Positions 11,293 to 25,229 of a stretch of 64,000 nucleotides of DNA are shown here, piece after piece; position 1 is the stretch's first letter, and every line of letters starts with the position of its first letter. The notes beneath the pieces were generated by a model, which was not told the origin of the DNA, ran no database searches, and worked only from the letters and a program-made list of their open reading frames with translations. The translations under genes and the position numbers were made by a program. The stretch covers positions 96,162,001 to 96,226,000 of the forward strand of contig NC_043006.1 of assembly GCF_006345805.1 (NCBI RefSeq), read 5' to 3'. The DNA is from Octopus sinensis (Eukaryota).

Positions 11293-12352
11293 TCAGGTCA
11301 TCCCATAAGTTCTATCCGAATTTTGAATAAAGAAAACAAGTGATCAAATCTTATATTTAATTGAAATTTAATCATCAATGTACCTTCCCTAATTATCTAT
11401 GATTTCCTTCCATCTATTTACTAGCTTTTTAATCCCATCAATGTAAAACTCTTTTGGTTTCAAAGCGAAAACCTCTGAAATGTCAGTTTCCACTTCTTCC
11501 TGCCTTTCCAAAGTTCTATTTCCCAAATGATTCTGTAAACTACGAAATAAATGGCAGTCTGAAGAAGCAAGGTCGGGAGAATAAGATGGATGAGGAATTT
11601 TTTCCCAACCAAGCTCTTCGATCTTCTGTGATGTGATCTTTGCAGTGTGGGGTCGTGCTTTGTCCCGTAAGGTTCCCTTCTCGGTTGTGATTGAGCTTTT
11701 TTCCTTTTTACCAAGCCACTGTTTACGACGTTTAACATATCGGTAGAAAATCCATTTTTCGTAACCAGTCACACGTCTATCGAAAAAGGGTGAAATTAGT
11801 TCGCTGACAATTCATGAGGCACACATTTTCCAAGTTTAGGAAGCTTTCCAAGTTGTTGAAGATGACGATGAACAGTTTTATGGCTTGAATTAAGTTTTAT
11901 TGCCAATTCTTCAACTAATAATGCAGGATTTTCTTCAAGTAATGCCTCAAGGATTTTACCATCAAACTCAACTGGACGTCCTGTTCGATCTTCATTTTCA
12001 AGGCTGAAATCTCCACTTCTGAATTTTGCAAACCATCTTCTGCATGTTCTTTCATTCAAGCATTCTTCCCCATAAACTGAGTGTATGTTTCGAGTCCCCT
12101 CAGCTGCAGAGTTTCAATTTTTGTACTCATAAAGCATTATGTGCCTCAAATGCTCTTTGGATACTTCCATATTATAAAGGGTTTTAATCAAAGTAATTTT
12201 AATTCTATTATTCTGTAAAATAATATTTAATTAGTTTAAATGTACACAAATGTATAATAATAATTTTAATTCCATTAGAAATTCTAAATGGTATTAAATT
12301 ACATTCAATTTTTAAAATGGTAAAATCGGACCGAACTTATGGGATCACCTGA
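11293..12352 (-). mobile_element. Mariner transposon relic, both TIRs present, internal deletions
   Basis: TIRs TCAGGTCATCCCATAAGTTC / GAACTTATGGGATCACCTGA flanked by TA; transposase from 12170 (MEVSKEHLRH..), CRRWFAKFRSGDFSLE, VPHELS, DKARPH, YSPDLASSDCHLF. Confidence 0.93.
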
Positions 12353-12355
12353 TAA

Positions 12356-12558
12356 GTCATTATTTCAAGATTTCCTGCTGGAGAGCCGGTATCTAATCTA
12401 GATCCACGTCTCCTTCATTGGAATTTCAACATCACAGGGTATTCTTGAATATATGTATGTCATTATTCAGTTTATTTCAAAATTTCTTGCCAATAGAGTA
12501 AGAGCCGGCTTCTTACCTAGATCCAAGAATCCTTCATTGGAAGTTCAACATCAACAGT
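12356..12558. repeat. Two tandem copies of a ~90-bp interspersed repeat
   Basis: TATTTCAA(G/A)ATTTC...GAGCCGG...CTAGATCCA...CCTTCATTGGAA.TTCAACATCA occurs twice. Confidence 0.75.
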
Positions 12559-12819
12559 AGGGTATATTTGTATGTATGTATGTATGTACGTATGTATGTA
12601 TGTATGTAATTATTTATGTATTACGTTTGTATATATGTAATTATGTATGTACGTTTACGTGCAGATTTGTATGTTTTGTTTTATGTATGTATTCTTATGC
12701 GTATAGTTGCATATCTAGACATACACATATATGTTTAAATGATAAATTTCTGGGAAGTTTTACAGAATTTTACAGTTCCAATGACGGATTGGATCTGTAG
12801 CCTTCTAATCAGCTTTCTC

Positions 12820-13852
12820 CTTTCTGGTTTTGACAAATATTATTTCTCAGGATTGGTATTTAGGCAGTGTGTTATCTATCCATGTGCTCCAATGATTACA
12901 GGTATAAATATGAATTTGTAATCTGGATAGAGTAACTGCACATTTCTCAATAGTGCAGCATAGGAGATCTCTTTTTTTAATGATCTTCAGCGATATGTTA
13001 ACATCCAGCGGACAACTGATTTCCACAACTGTGCACAGTTTCTCTTCTCTGTCCCAAATCATTATACCAGGACTATCATATTTACGTTTTATTGAGGTCT
13101 TCACTGGGACATTCCACCAGTACATATGTATGTATGAATGTATGTATGTATATATGTATGTATGAATGCACGTATGTATGTGTGTGTGTATGTGTGTATG
13201 TATGTGAGTATGTATATATGTGTATGTGTATTTATGTATGTATGTATGTACTGTATGTGATACGAAGCTCCATCGTTGAAACGCAGATAACGTAAACAAT
13301 GTTACATGATAAACCTGTGAAAAGACTCGCATAGTTTTACTGTTCTGCTTAGCGATTGGATTTGTGACGTGCGAATCACATGGATGATTTACTTTTATGA
13401 AATAAATCCAAGTCTGAGAGTTAGGCATTTACTTACAAAACCAAGTATTCCAATTATTCACAGCAAAAAACGTGCAATCTGTACATAGATGCTGGACGTT
13501 TCGAAGCAGTTGTCCATAGTTATCTTCTTTCTCATTCTCTTTGCTTTACAAATAGATGGTCACATGACTAAGACAGCTGACCTCTGACGGTGCATATTTT
13601 TTCTTGTCTGTCTCAAACAAAAATATCCAGTCTGTTATGTTTACACTTGACAGATGTTTTGATGGGAATGTTCCACTAGTATTCTTTGTGCTCATATTTG
13701 AGTATATATTCAATAACAGAGGGATTCTCTATATTTATTCCAGGGGAGTCTTTCTTCCGAATGGTATTGTATATCGATTTTACGACAACGTCATGTCACA
13801 TAATACCGTGATGAAACTTTGGGGCAGCTGCTAAACACGTGTGATGTCTTCC
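12820..13852 (-). pseudogene. Two tandem REL-endonuclease LINE C-terminal remnants of a divergent family
   Basis: YWWNVPVKTSIK..IMIWDREEKLCTVVEISCP (12820-13121) and SSCPK..HDVV...EY*WNIPIKTSVKCKHNRLDIFV*DRQEKICTV (13395-13852). Confidence 0.8.
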
Positions 13853-13868
13853 ATAGTAATACGACATA

Positions 13869-14088
13869 GGCGTAGGAGTGGCTGTGTGCTAAGTAGTTTG
13901 CTTACAAACCACATGGTTACTGGTTCATTCCTACTGCGTGGCACCTTGGGCAAGTGTCTTCTACTATAGCCTCGGGCCGATAGAATAAATACTAGGCTTA
14001 CAAAGAATAAGTCCTGGTGTCGATTAGCTCGACTAAAGCCGGTGCCTCAGCATGGCCATAGTCAAATGACTGAAAAAGTAAAAGAGTA
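13869..14088 (+). mobile_element. tRNA-derived CORE-like SINE (family A), internally deleted
   Basis: GGAGTGGCTGTGTG head, GTGGCACCTTGGGCAAGTG core-like box, tail CATGGCC..AGTCAAATGACTGAAA; middle lost at a CCGA junction. Confidence 0.85.
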
Positions 14089-14221
14089 ATCTACATTTAC
14101 AGTTGTATCTTGGAACACGAAGGGCTTCACTGTCTACTGTTCTGGGATTGCAAATGTACATCCTTCAAAATGTGATGTAGCGTTCACGAGTTCAAGAGAC
14201 GCTTCGTTTCATGTCAATGTT

Positions 14222-14597
14222 CAATGGCCCAGTGGTTAGGGCAGCGGACTCGCGGTCGCAGGATCGCGGTTTCGATTCCCAGACCGGGCGTTGTGAGTGT
14301 TTATTGAGCGAAAACACCTAAAAGCTCCACGAGGCTCCGGCAGGGGATGGTGGTGATCCCCGCTGTACTCTTTTACCACAACTTTCTCTCACTCTTACTT
14401 CCTGTTTCTGTTGTACCTGTATTTCAAAGGGCCGGCTTTGTCACTCTCTGTGTCACGCTGAATATCCCCGAGAACTACGTTAAGGTTACACGTGTCTGTG
14501 GAGTGCTCAGCCACTTGCACGTTAATTTCACGAGCAGGCTGTTCCGTTGATCGGATCAACCGGAACCCTCGTCGTCGTAACCGACGGAGTGCTTCCA
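14222..14597 (+). mobile_element. Well-preserved tRNA-derived SINE (family C)
   Basis: A box TGGCCCAGTGG, B box GGTTTCGATTCCC, then a ~300-bp non-coding body. Confidence 0.8.
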
Positions 14598-14604
14598 CTA
14601 TCTT

Positions 14605-15300
14605 CTTCAAGTTTACGAGAAACATACCCATGCACGATCTTTTTGTTTGTATTTTTTTGTGTATTTTTAGTATGCTGAGCGTTTCACTTCCAGGTCTTCT
14701 TTGAGGTATGCTTGTCCGGCTGATTTGGGGTTGTGTAGGAGGTCATCAGGAAGAGATGACCTCCAACACAATTTCAGCACGTAGGGCTTTGTTTTGTTCA
14801 GTCTTCAGCACTAAGTTAACGTATTCCTTTTCGGTGCAGTTGTTTAGCAAATATTGTCCCAGAGAGACTATGAGACATTCGAAGGCTGTCTGCACTGATC
14901 TCAAACCCATACCTCCTTTATCTTTTCTTAAATAGAGCCTGGCGATATCACTATTTTTTGGAGATTGCCAGTTGATATCAAATTCTTGTAGGTTTTAATG
15001 TTTATGGAAAGGGTTTGTTCTACAGACCAGTCACGTATCCCAAATCTTGGAATCAAAACTGGTGCTGCAAATGCATTGTGGGATATTGTCTTATTGTAAG
15101 AAGTGAGTTCGGAATGCCATATTTTCAGTCTGGTGTAGCATCCTTTGTGTGGCACAGGAGAGATAGTCAGACCATTGATGCACAGGTTTTGTATCTGAGA
15201 GACTGATTTAACCTGTTCAACAATTAAATAAGAACGTTTCTTCTGGTCAAATTCATTCCTATATCAACTAAGAATATTGTTATTAATTCCAGTTGCTATT
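14605..15300 (-). pseudogene. R4/Dong-like RT thumb remnant
   Basis: KIWHSELTSYNKTISHNAFAAPVLIPRFGI.DW, then frameshifted DIARLYLRKDKGGMGLRSV. Confidence 0.8.
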
Positions 15301-16170
15301 TGGCATTGTTCACATTTCTAGCATAAGAAATTAAAGATTAAATTAATATCTCTTGTAGTTGCAGACCCTAGCATGCAGCCATTCTTTTTTTTTTTTTGAG
15401 GAATGATAATAGTTTTAAAGTCAAAATCAACAAAATTACAAAAAAAAAAACAACCTATCTCCCCATAATATTCCCTTTGGAATATTTATGGCATTGGAGA
15501 CGATCATTCCACTCTCTTATGTACGTATGTATGCATGTATGTATACACCCACACATACCCACACGCATTGATACATCTTTACAGGGAAATAGACGGAAGT
15601 GTCTAATTCAACGCTAATGATAGCAAGGGATTATTATAGAAGACAATAATTTGCATTTGAGTACGTAGAAAAACGTCATTTAAAAGTGATTTCAATGGTT
15701 TTGCGAACTTATTCAAAGATTTGTAGGCAATAAGTTTTATATAGAAATATTCAGTAACCTTTACCTATCTATATAAAAACGAGGCTTAAAATAGCTGAAT
15801 TTGTTGTATGTCGTACCAGGATAAAACGATATGTAATCCAGGTATGTCATAAGAAATGCATTCTTGGCGAAGATGACTCTTTTTTCATTTTATGTTTTGT
15901 TAAAGGATTTTTCCATTTCATTTCTCTATAAATTGAGTAATAAAGTGTATTTCATCGTATTTTCTGTTGCAGATCGTATGTAACATCTTAAATATTGATT
16001 TTAGTGAAGTTAGTATTTACAAAATTAATATTTCAGTTTCTTTAAAAAGAAAACTAGTACTTTTCTTCGGAATTTGTTTTTCATTAGATCGAGTTACCCA
16101 GGGAAAAAAGAGTATCATTTTCGTAAAAGTTAAATGCAATGTGGAAAAATTTCTAAACATAATTCATAAC

Positions 16171-16282
<112 letters not shown>

Positions 16283-17740
16283 ATACTATCCAAAGATATC
16301 ACCTATTTCATCAATTTTTCGTCCGCGTGCTAACATCAAATAGAAAGTTCGAAGATTATTTTTTTGTAATACATGCAGTTTAATAATTACAAATGCTTTT
16401 CATGAAAGACGCTATCTAGTAGATAGTCTTACTAAGTTAATACCATTATTTGTGCCTGTACATAGAGGCTGCGAAGTAAAAAAAATTATTCTACACTATA
16501 AGAGACAAGAATTGGTTTTATTCGTATGATTAAAGATATTCACTGATAGCTTCGGTATCATTCTATAATAGTGGTGTTGAGATATATGTAACCTCAACTG
16601 CACACTTATCTAACATTTACCTGTTAATAGATCCGATGTCTCTTTCGACCAGTTATATTAGTCTACTGAAGGAACGTTTCAAAGTTATATTTATGGTCCT
16701 TACATGTAATGTATGAATACTGAGAACTTTTCAGTTCTTTCCTATCATCTGGCATACGTCTGTGGTACATTTTCGGGCTTTGCTATTAGAACCACTCAGA
16801 ATATGCAGATTTGTTTGTTTTATGGGGATGTAGTAGAGTTATTTAGACAGAAATCTTTGCTAATTAATCTTAATATTAACTCATTAGCTTCTTAATCCGG
16901 CACCTACTCAGCAATGTCATTCAAAAAATAAACAATCATGCTATCGAAATCCTGAAGCAACAAGATAATGCATGATTAATTCAAATCAATGTGAATAAAA
17001 TAAGTATTTCATTAGTTAAAGCAAGGTGTATGCGAAAGGATTAAATATCTAAGAATCTGCGAATTATTTCCCGTAACTCAAAATGGTCGCCGCAAAATTC
17101 TTGATAAAATTTGTTCCTTAACGTATAAATCATTTTACACTTGAATAAATAATATTCACTAATAGACTGTATGCATCCTTCAAAAGAACAACGATAACCT
17201 AAGTTCCATAAGCTCATAATTAACCCTGAAGTCCTACACCCATAAACTTAGAATACGATACATTTCTTAACATTAACCAAATGCTCAGAAATTCTGATCA
17301 ACGAGGTGATAGGACTGAAACATATATGTAGGTTCCTTTATTTTTTTAGCTTTACAACTTATAATCAATTTCTTTGTATTGTTATGTTTTTAAAAGAAAT
17401 TTCCATCATTTTATAACAGATAAATAAATTATTCATATATCCATTTTTCTCTCCATTTTCTTCTTTACCTTCAATATTGATAATTTATAATTTCAATAAT
17501 CCCTAACATATACCAGTGAATTTCGCATTGTATCATAGGGATTTACCAGTGGAATACCCTGGATTATATAATCCCTAATGAGAATATAACATCCTAGAAT
17601 TAAGTGTTTATAGATAGATAGGGAGAGAGTGATAGATAGATAGATAGATAAATAGTTATATACATACATACATACATACATACATACATGCATACATAGA
17701 CAGACAGATAGATAGAGATAGAGAGAGAGAGAGATAGCTT

Positions 17741-18062
17741 CAGGCGTAGTTGTGTGATAAGCAGTTCGCTTCCCAGTCACATGGTTGTGGGTTCAGTCCC
17801 ACTATGTGTTAACTTGACCAATTATCTTCTACGCTGACATAAGCTTTGTGAGTGGATTTGGTAGACGGAAACTGTTGTATTTATATGTGTGTGTGTGTGT
17901 GTGTGTGTTTGCATGAGTATGTATATGTGCAAGTGTGTGTGTGTGTGTGTCTTTGTCTTTGTCCCTCACCACCGCTTGTCAATCGGTATTGGTTTATTTA
18001 CGTCCCCGTAACTTAGCGGTTCGTCAATAAATGCCAAGCTTTAAAAAATTAAGTACTTGTGA
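17741..18062 (+). mobile_element. SINE family A copy
   Basis: Head plus CACATGGTT..GGTTCAGTCCCACT, TGTGAGTGGATTTGGTAGACGGAAACTG, TTTACGTCCCCGTAACTTAGCGGTTC. Further copies near 10.6-10.8(-), 23.7-24.1(+), 30.7-31.2(-), 36.7-36.9(-), 37.8-38.0(-), 40.9-41.0(-), 42.2-42.4(-) and 50.9-51.3(-) kb. Confidence 0.8.
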
Positions 18063-18804
18063 GTGGATTACTATAACCGTTCAAGTCGGCGACTCTGCAT
18101 GACAACAGTCCAATGATTGAAAGAAGGTATAAGATTGAATAAGGTAAAAGATATTCCGTTATCAAAGAGGAAGAAGCAACGAATCCTTATTTCCAACTGT
18201 ACGGTAGAGGCAACACTGCATACGTTTCGGTTTTGTATTTTCTCCTCAGTGACTGAGATTCTAATATTTGTCACACCTATTTGATTACTCGCGAAATAGA
18301 TAAGACAGCATATGAATGAACATATCAGGTCATTATAGATTAAAAATATGACCGGGGAAAAATACTTACGATGTTGTAAGTATGTATGCATGTATGTCTA
18401 TGCTTGTTCACATATGTATATGTGTATATGTGTGTGTGCGTTTCTGTGTTTCAATATGTGTATACGCGTAGGGATGCTGTCGGTATTCGGCTAAATGTAC
18501 AATACGTATGCTATGTCCAGCTGAATGCCAGACTCTGATAAAATGACAGTGAAAGTTCTGTTGACTAGCGAAACTGTGTTAAGCCGTTTAAGAACGTTCC
18601 GGGAAAAGCACACAACATGTTTGTTAAAGCCGGGATATTTAATCTTGTCATTAAATGATGTAGCAACTGTGTTTATCGATGCTCTTAATGGTTCGGTTTG
18701 TAAACTACATTGTAATGGATTTATTTATTTATTTATCTTTTATATGTTTAACATTTTGCTTCTGTTTTTTGTTTTTTTTACTTTCTGGTTTTCAAATCTG
18801 TAAC

Positions 18805-19861
18805 CGACACACATGCACACACATGTATAGAGAAACGCACACAAGCGAATTAGCTTTCATTATCACACGTACTCACTCGCATACACATACAGACTTAGAC
18901 TTACGCACATCCACATACTCGCACCTACTCACAAACGTAATCACACGCTTGCACTCAATCTTCTACACACACACACTCCCCCCTCTATCTCTCTCACACG
19001 CACACACACACACATGTACATATCCACAAACCCGCACTCATTCACAAACCCGTACACAACTTCATTACACACACCTAAACAATTACTCTCTCTCTCTCTC
19101 TCTCTCTCTCACCTATATGTACACGTTCTCACTCACACTATTATACACAAACTTTTTCACACACTCATGTAAAGATACTCTTATACAAACACACACATAT
19201 ATACACATATATGCTAAAACACTGCTTTAAATATGCACTCTTAACTTGTGCACATATTCTCTCACTCTTTCTCACTTACACACACTCTCTCTCTTTCTCT
19301 TTCCCACTTACAGACACACACACACACTCTCACACTATACACATTCTCACACACACGCAATCATGTATACGTACTCCCTCAAACACTCTTGTGCACATAC
19401 TAACATGCAAACACACATACATACTCACAGACGCACACACAAACTTACACACCTACACATACTGTTTTACAGACAGATAGTCACACACACACACACTCGC
19501 ACTGACAATAACACACTCAAACACATACAAATTCTCTCACACCCACACAGATATACGCACACAAACACAGACACGCTGTGAATCGTGCATCTAGCACACA
19601 CATACACTTAGTCACTCACATTTAAATACACACTCATTGATTATAACATACATTCACTTGCCAGCACACACACACAGAGCTTTACTTACACACACATGCA
19701 CGCATACACATTCAATCGCTCACATGTTTAGTCTTTCATAATTGAATACGTCTTTACTGCTACGCAGACACAAACACACACCGTTTAACTTACACATACA
19801 TGCACAAACATCCCCATTTTCACTCTGGCATACACCAATATACACATGCATATGCACAAAC

Positions 19862-19892
<31 letters not shown>

Positions 19893-19895
19893 GAT
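18805..19895. repeat. Degenerate (CA)/(CT)-rich low-complexity tract
   Basis: About 1.1 kb of decayed dinucleotide repeats; source of His/Thr-rich artefact ORFs. Confidence 0.9.
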
Positions 19896-20029
19896 AATCA
19901 ATTCAGATTTATGTGTGGATAATTGTCTTCTCTTGTACAGTTTTCTACACAATCTCGTAAGACATTCTTACAACAGAGGATTATAGATACAATAGAATGT
20001 CGGATAAAAAAAGACGATGGTTGTCTTGT

Positions 20030-20560
20030 AATGCCGGATTAGCAGAATCGTTGGAGCGCCAGACAGGATACCTTGTGCTGTTTACTATCAGTTAGTTACA
20101 TTCTGATTTCATCTCAAACCGAGGTAAAATCTGCACTTCACCCCCCTTTGATCATGCAATAAAATATTATTTTCTACTCTAGGCACAAAACCCGAAATTT
20201 ATGGGGATGGGCCAGTCGATTAGTTCGACTCCAGTACGCAACTGGTACTTAGTTTATTCGAAGGGATGAAAGGTAAAGTCGACCTCGGCGAAATTTGAAC
20301 TCAGAACGTAAAGACAGACAAAATACCTATTTCTTTACTACCCACAAGGGACTAAACATAGAGTGGACAAACAAGGACAGACAAAGGGATTAAATCGATT
20401 ACATCGACCCCAGTGTGTAACTGGTACTTAATTTATCGACCCCGAAAGGATGAAAGACAAAGACTACCTCGGCGGAATTTGAACTCACAACGAAACGGCA
20501 GACGAAATACCGCTAAGCTAACGTTTCTGCCAGCTCGCCGCCTTCATGCAATAAAATATT
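20030..20560. mobile_element. Cluster of SINE family B copies in both orientations
   Basis: GATGAAAGG.AAAGTCGACCTCGGCG.AATTTGAACTCA occurs twice on the minus strand; a plus-strand head at ~20030. Confidence 0.8.
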
Positions 20561-20855
20561 TAATAATCAGTTCCAGGGATCAATATAATCGATATTTCTT
20601 CCTCTACAAATTGCTTAATCTATTTTCTTACCTTTTATATATTTCAGACATTGGATTTAGGTCATGCTGGAGCACTAACTTTAAGAGATTTTAGTCGAAG
20701 AAATCCCCTCCAAACCTTATTTATTAAGTACGCTATTTATTTTGTCGGTCTTTTTTGCGAACCACTAATTTACGGGAACGCAATCAAGCCAATACTGATT
20801 GTTAACTGGTGGAAGGGTTCAAACACAAAATCAAAACAAACACACAAACATATTA

Positions 20856-20911
<56 letters not shown>

Positions 20912-21265
20912 TGTTTGTTTCTTTTCTACAGCATATGTGGGAAATTCTGTCTGTGGGTGTGTTTGTGGAGTTGTTAGCTAACGCCTCCTACATCATTTTA
21001 TCGAATTTAATGAAACTTGACACGTGAGTAGAACTCACGTCTGCAAACGTTATGGCATACATAGATTCTTGAAAAATGATAATAAAGCCCCTGGGAGAAA
21101 TCTTTATATCTAATACATTTCATTTTAGCAATCAAGGGAAATAACCCATTCGCCCAGATTTTATCAACCAAGGGAAATAACCCATTCATTTTCCTAAATC
21201 ATTTTTATAAATCAAATTAAGTATGCTTATTTCTGAGTATTTGAAATGTTAGTTATTTTCGCAGT

Positions 21266-21484
21266 TTATCCAGTACAACCCTTAAACAAGCAAATAGTAT
21301 TTTCTTGAACAATAGATCCACTTATTCCGGTTAGTGACTTATTCACGAATATACCAACACTAGCCCTGCTGAGGGTAATATTCTCTGGGAACGCACAAAA
21401 GCCCTTTTCAGAGTTATTTAGCTTCATCGGTATAATCTCAGACCGGCCATTAGATATTTCACATCTGTCCAATTTCACTCTCAA
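21266..21484 (-). pseudogene. Possible LINE APE-endonuclease remnant
   Basis: ...PENITLSRASVGIFVNKSL resembles the RA..GVGI.V motif; short and degraded. Confidence 0.35.
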
Positions 21485-21769
21485 TGCATGGGTGAACTCG
21501 AGATTTTACTAAAAGACATTTGCCGAAGATGCGCCCACTATGAGTATGGGAGGTTATGGCACAGCTCTTTCAGCACCACCTGTTTGGAGTCCCTGATTCA
21601 AAGCTGACTTATTTGCTATCCGACATTTTAATGCTACTTTTGTTCTCTCTCTCTCCCACTTAGCTGATTTATGTGTAAGAACGTCTAGAGATGTTTGTAT
21701 ATATATATATATATATATATTAATGTTTGTTTCTTATCTACAGATAATGTTTGTTTCTTATCTTCTTCT

Positions 21770-21801
<32 letters not shown>

Positions 21802-21904
21802 TTCTTCTTCTTCTTCTTCTCCTTCTTCTTCATCATCATCATCATCATCATAATCTTCTTCTTCTTCTTCTTCTTCTTCTTCTTCTTCTCCCCCTTCTCC
21901 TTCC

Positions 21905-22345
21905 TTCTCCTTCCTAACTTTATCACTAATGCTTTTTTAGAATAACACCTACGCAAATTCTATAAACAAACCTTCCAATAGAAATATTTTCATGAATTGA
22001 ACAGCAACTGCTAGCCTCCAATGACCATTCAAAATACTACAACCAAAGCACTCCCAAATTCTTCCTTCTCCTCCTCCTTCTTCTTCCCTACCAAGAATTC
22101 ACAACGACCTCACCTCGAACCCACAAGAGTAAACAAGAGAGACAGAGAAAGGCAGAAACAAAGAAAATGCCACTTATATTTGAACACTATACAAATATTC
22201 TTTTAAAAAAACTTTCCTTTTAATTTTTCTAAATTTAATTATGTAATTGTTACAGTTGAAAATGTCTCAATGACTGAAACCGGTACTGAAATGTTCTTTA
22301 TAAAATTATTTTAGCATTTTCTATCCTGACTTGCTTTTTCATATA
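21905..22345 (+). mobile_element. PLE-like 3' region, same family as the 48.4-48.9 kb palindrome arms
   Basis: 22150-22345 aligns with 48690-48881; ends in (TA)n. Confidence 0.75.
22253..22288 (+). ncRNA. Hammerhead motif, U3:A8 variant, outer stem II pair lost
   Basis: CAG-UUGAAAA-UGUC-ucaau-GACU-GAAACCG-GUA-CUG. Confidence 0.6.
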
Positions 22346-22424
22346 TATATATATATATATGTAATGTCTCCGTGTGTCTATTTCTACGATCACTTCTGTG
22401 CTTGTGTGTGGGTGCGTGTGTGCA

Positions 22425-22455
<31 letters not shown>

Positions 22456-24756
22456 TTGCTTCCAGCTCCAAGTTGTACTGTATCCAAAACAGACTGAATG
22501 TTCAATCATCCGTGGCACATCATCAGAGTCCAAAAAGCTGCGCCCATTCGTCTCATTATGCAGAAAGATGGATATCAAGCTACAACTTTCCTTAACCAGG
22601 AAGAGCACGATTGAGAAAATACAGATATTTAATCAGGCTCACATAAGCTAACTACGAACTAAAACATGATGATAGAAGAATGCGGATATGGAAGATGTAA
22701 AGAATAAGTTTTCAATTTGTTTGGTATTGCCGGTAGCAACAGTCATTGAGGCAGAGATGTTAATAGGGGTTATTGTGATAATATTAATAAAGGTCTGAAA
22801 TTTTGGCACGGTACAAGCAATTTAGGGGGAGGGGACAAATCGATTACATCGACCCCCAGTAACCACTGGTACTTATTTTATCGATCTGAAAGGACAAACG
22901 GCAAAGTCGACCCAGGTGGAATTTGAACTCAAAACGCGAAGACGGACGAAGTGCCGCTAAACATTATTTCCCGGCGTGCTAACAATTCTGCCAATTCAAG
23001 GCATTGTGATAGCATTAATAATTAAACTAATTGCTTACGTATTATTTACTAACAAGGTAATACTTATTAACATTAGAGTAAACACTACCGGCACTTGTGT
23101 TACTGAACGGACTGATTGACAGCAATTTCATATTTCGCCATTTTCGAAAAATCTAGTTTGTGTCTCTCTTGGAATTCGACTCCGTTTTAAAACAGATCCG
23201 AAGAGCTTCCGATGAGATGAAGAACGGTCGTAAATTAAAAAGTATTCGCTAAAAAACCAATGTTGATTAAGCAATGGCTGCTATAGACAGTGAACAAAAT
23301 GGATAACAGTCTACAAGTACCTGGTACACAGTTTTATAACACGTTTGATAAATCATCTTTTTATTTGCATGCAATCATCAATGGGACAGGCAGGATATAA
23401 ACGCAAAATCTTTCGTTACATAACACAAGATATCGACATTGAATCGACATTCGGAAGAGTTAATACTCTGTCTGGTGAAGCCAGCAAAATAGCTTGATGG
23501 CGTTAGATAACTCTCGGCAAAAAATTAACCAAAACATCATTTGAAAACGATGTTTCATAAATAATGAATAAACACGGTTGGAAACACACCAACGCTTTGT
23601 CTAAAAGCCTGCTTTATAAAATTGATTTACGAAGTGTAGTACCATGGGAAAATGGTGTACTCAAAAGTCAAGCATTTGAAAACAACCTGCAAAGATTCTA
23701 CAAAGTAATACACGATGATAGTAATACACGATGATACCTGTGTGTGGTAAGAAGGTTGTTTCGCAACCATGTTCCCTGGTTTAGTCCCACTCTGTGGCAC
23801 CTTGGGTAAGTGGTTTCTACTATAGCCTCGGACTGACCAAAACCTTGTGAGTAGAATTTTTAGAGGGAAACTGAAAAAAGCCCGTCGTATAATATGCATG
23901 TGTGTGTGAGTGTGTTTGTCGTCCGGTACTGATGGACGACCGGTATTGGTTTGTTTACGTCCCTGGCAAACGAAAAAGGTAGCATAAGGGCTAGGTTTTA
24001 AAAAAACGATTAGTACTGGGATTGATCATCAGGATTAAAAATACTTCAAGGTGGTACCCCAGCATGGCCTTAGTCATATGACTGAAACAAGCAAAAAGTA
24101 AATGATAAGAGGTACGAAGCTGAGCCAGCATACTGGTTTGAAATTCTCAAAGATTGTAGAGGAACTTCAAACATGCAACAGGTAGAACTTATTTGTCCCA
24201 ACTGAGTTGACTGTAGCAATGTGAAATGAAGTGTCTTGCTCAAGGAGAGAACGTGCTGCTAGGTATCGAATTCACGGGTGTACGGTCGTGCACCGAATAT
24301 TCTAACCATTTAACCGCACTCCTTCCCTGCAAGTCTATACTTTTAATTTAACAATTTCCTTAATATAGAAAGATCGCTCCTTCGGCCCTTTTCAAGGCAT
24401 CTCAATGGTTACGAGGAAGAGAGAAACTTAGGAGATATTAATTATTTCGGCTCCATTTCTTAAGTAATTAAATTTATGTATTTCAGAAAAATGTAAGTCA
24501 GACTTAACTCTGACGTGATTTGAACTCAGAACGTAACGATTTGTAAGTAAATACTACAAAGACATTTTTCCGATGCTGTAACAATTCTGTGTAAGAGCGT
24601 CTAGAGGTGTATCTTAATTTTTGAACCTTTTATCCGACATTCTGTTTTATCTGTAATGGTCTGGTGTAAGAAGGGCTTTCAAGATTGCGAAGAAAATTGC
24701 ACTGTTAGGCACAAAAATAGCTGAATTGATTAGTTGTGTGTGTGTGTGTGTGTGTG

Positions 24757-24796
<40 letters not shown>

Positions 24797-25168
24797 CCTG
24801 AATGCTTGCAACCAATTCAGAAACGTAACGGTTAGCAGCTGCTGTTAAACCTGTTAAACCAGATGAGCAATTAAATCTATCGCACAAAAATATGGACAGA
24901 ATAGTCCTTTCGAAAGCTTAGAATTTCCGTATCCTAAATTTCATTCAAGAGACTCGCTCTGCGTCCATTCTTGCACTCATTCACGTATAAGAGTATATAT
25001 GGTCTTACACTAAATCCAACTACGTGCATACATATACGGACATTGAGATCGAAACCAGCAGCACACAGTTTGAAGAGAGAATAGCTTAACCACAGAATCA
25101 GGTCAACGCCAGCGCAAAACGAGGTTTATTTCATTAATGGGACTTATGTTTAGCCTTAAATCAGTGTT

Positions 25169-25229
25169 CATTATTTACACTATTTACATTTGACGGATAT
25201 TTGTCCTCATCTTGTTTGTTGTTAACACA
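25169..25229 (-). mobile_element. Short fragment of the 3.0/3.5/30.4-kb HHR family
   Basis: ATTTACATTTGACGGATATTTGTCCTCATCTTGTTTGTTGTTAACACA; ends about at the predicted HHR cleavage site. Confidence 0.85.

Noticed and set aside
20932-21023. 92-nt candidate exon (TTTTCTACAG acceptor, GTGAGT donor, one open frame)
   Set aside because: No partner exons, no recognisable protein, and the context resembles an interspersed repeat.
23135-23230. Short ORF FVSLLEFDSVLKQIRRASDEMKNGRKLKSIR, vaguely WH2-like
   Set aside because: Too short, weak acceptor, expected by chance.
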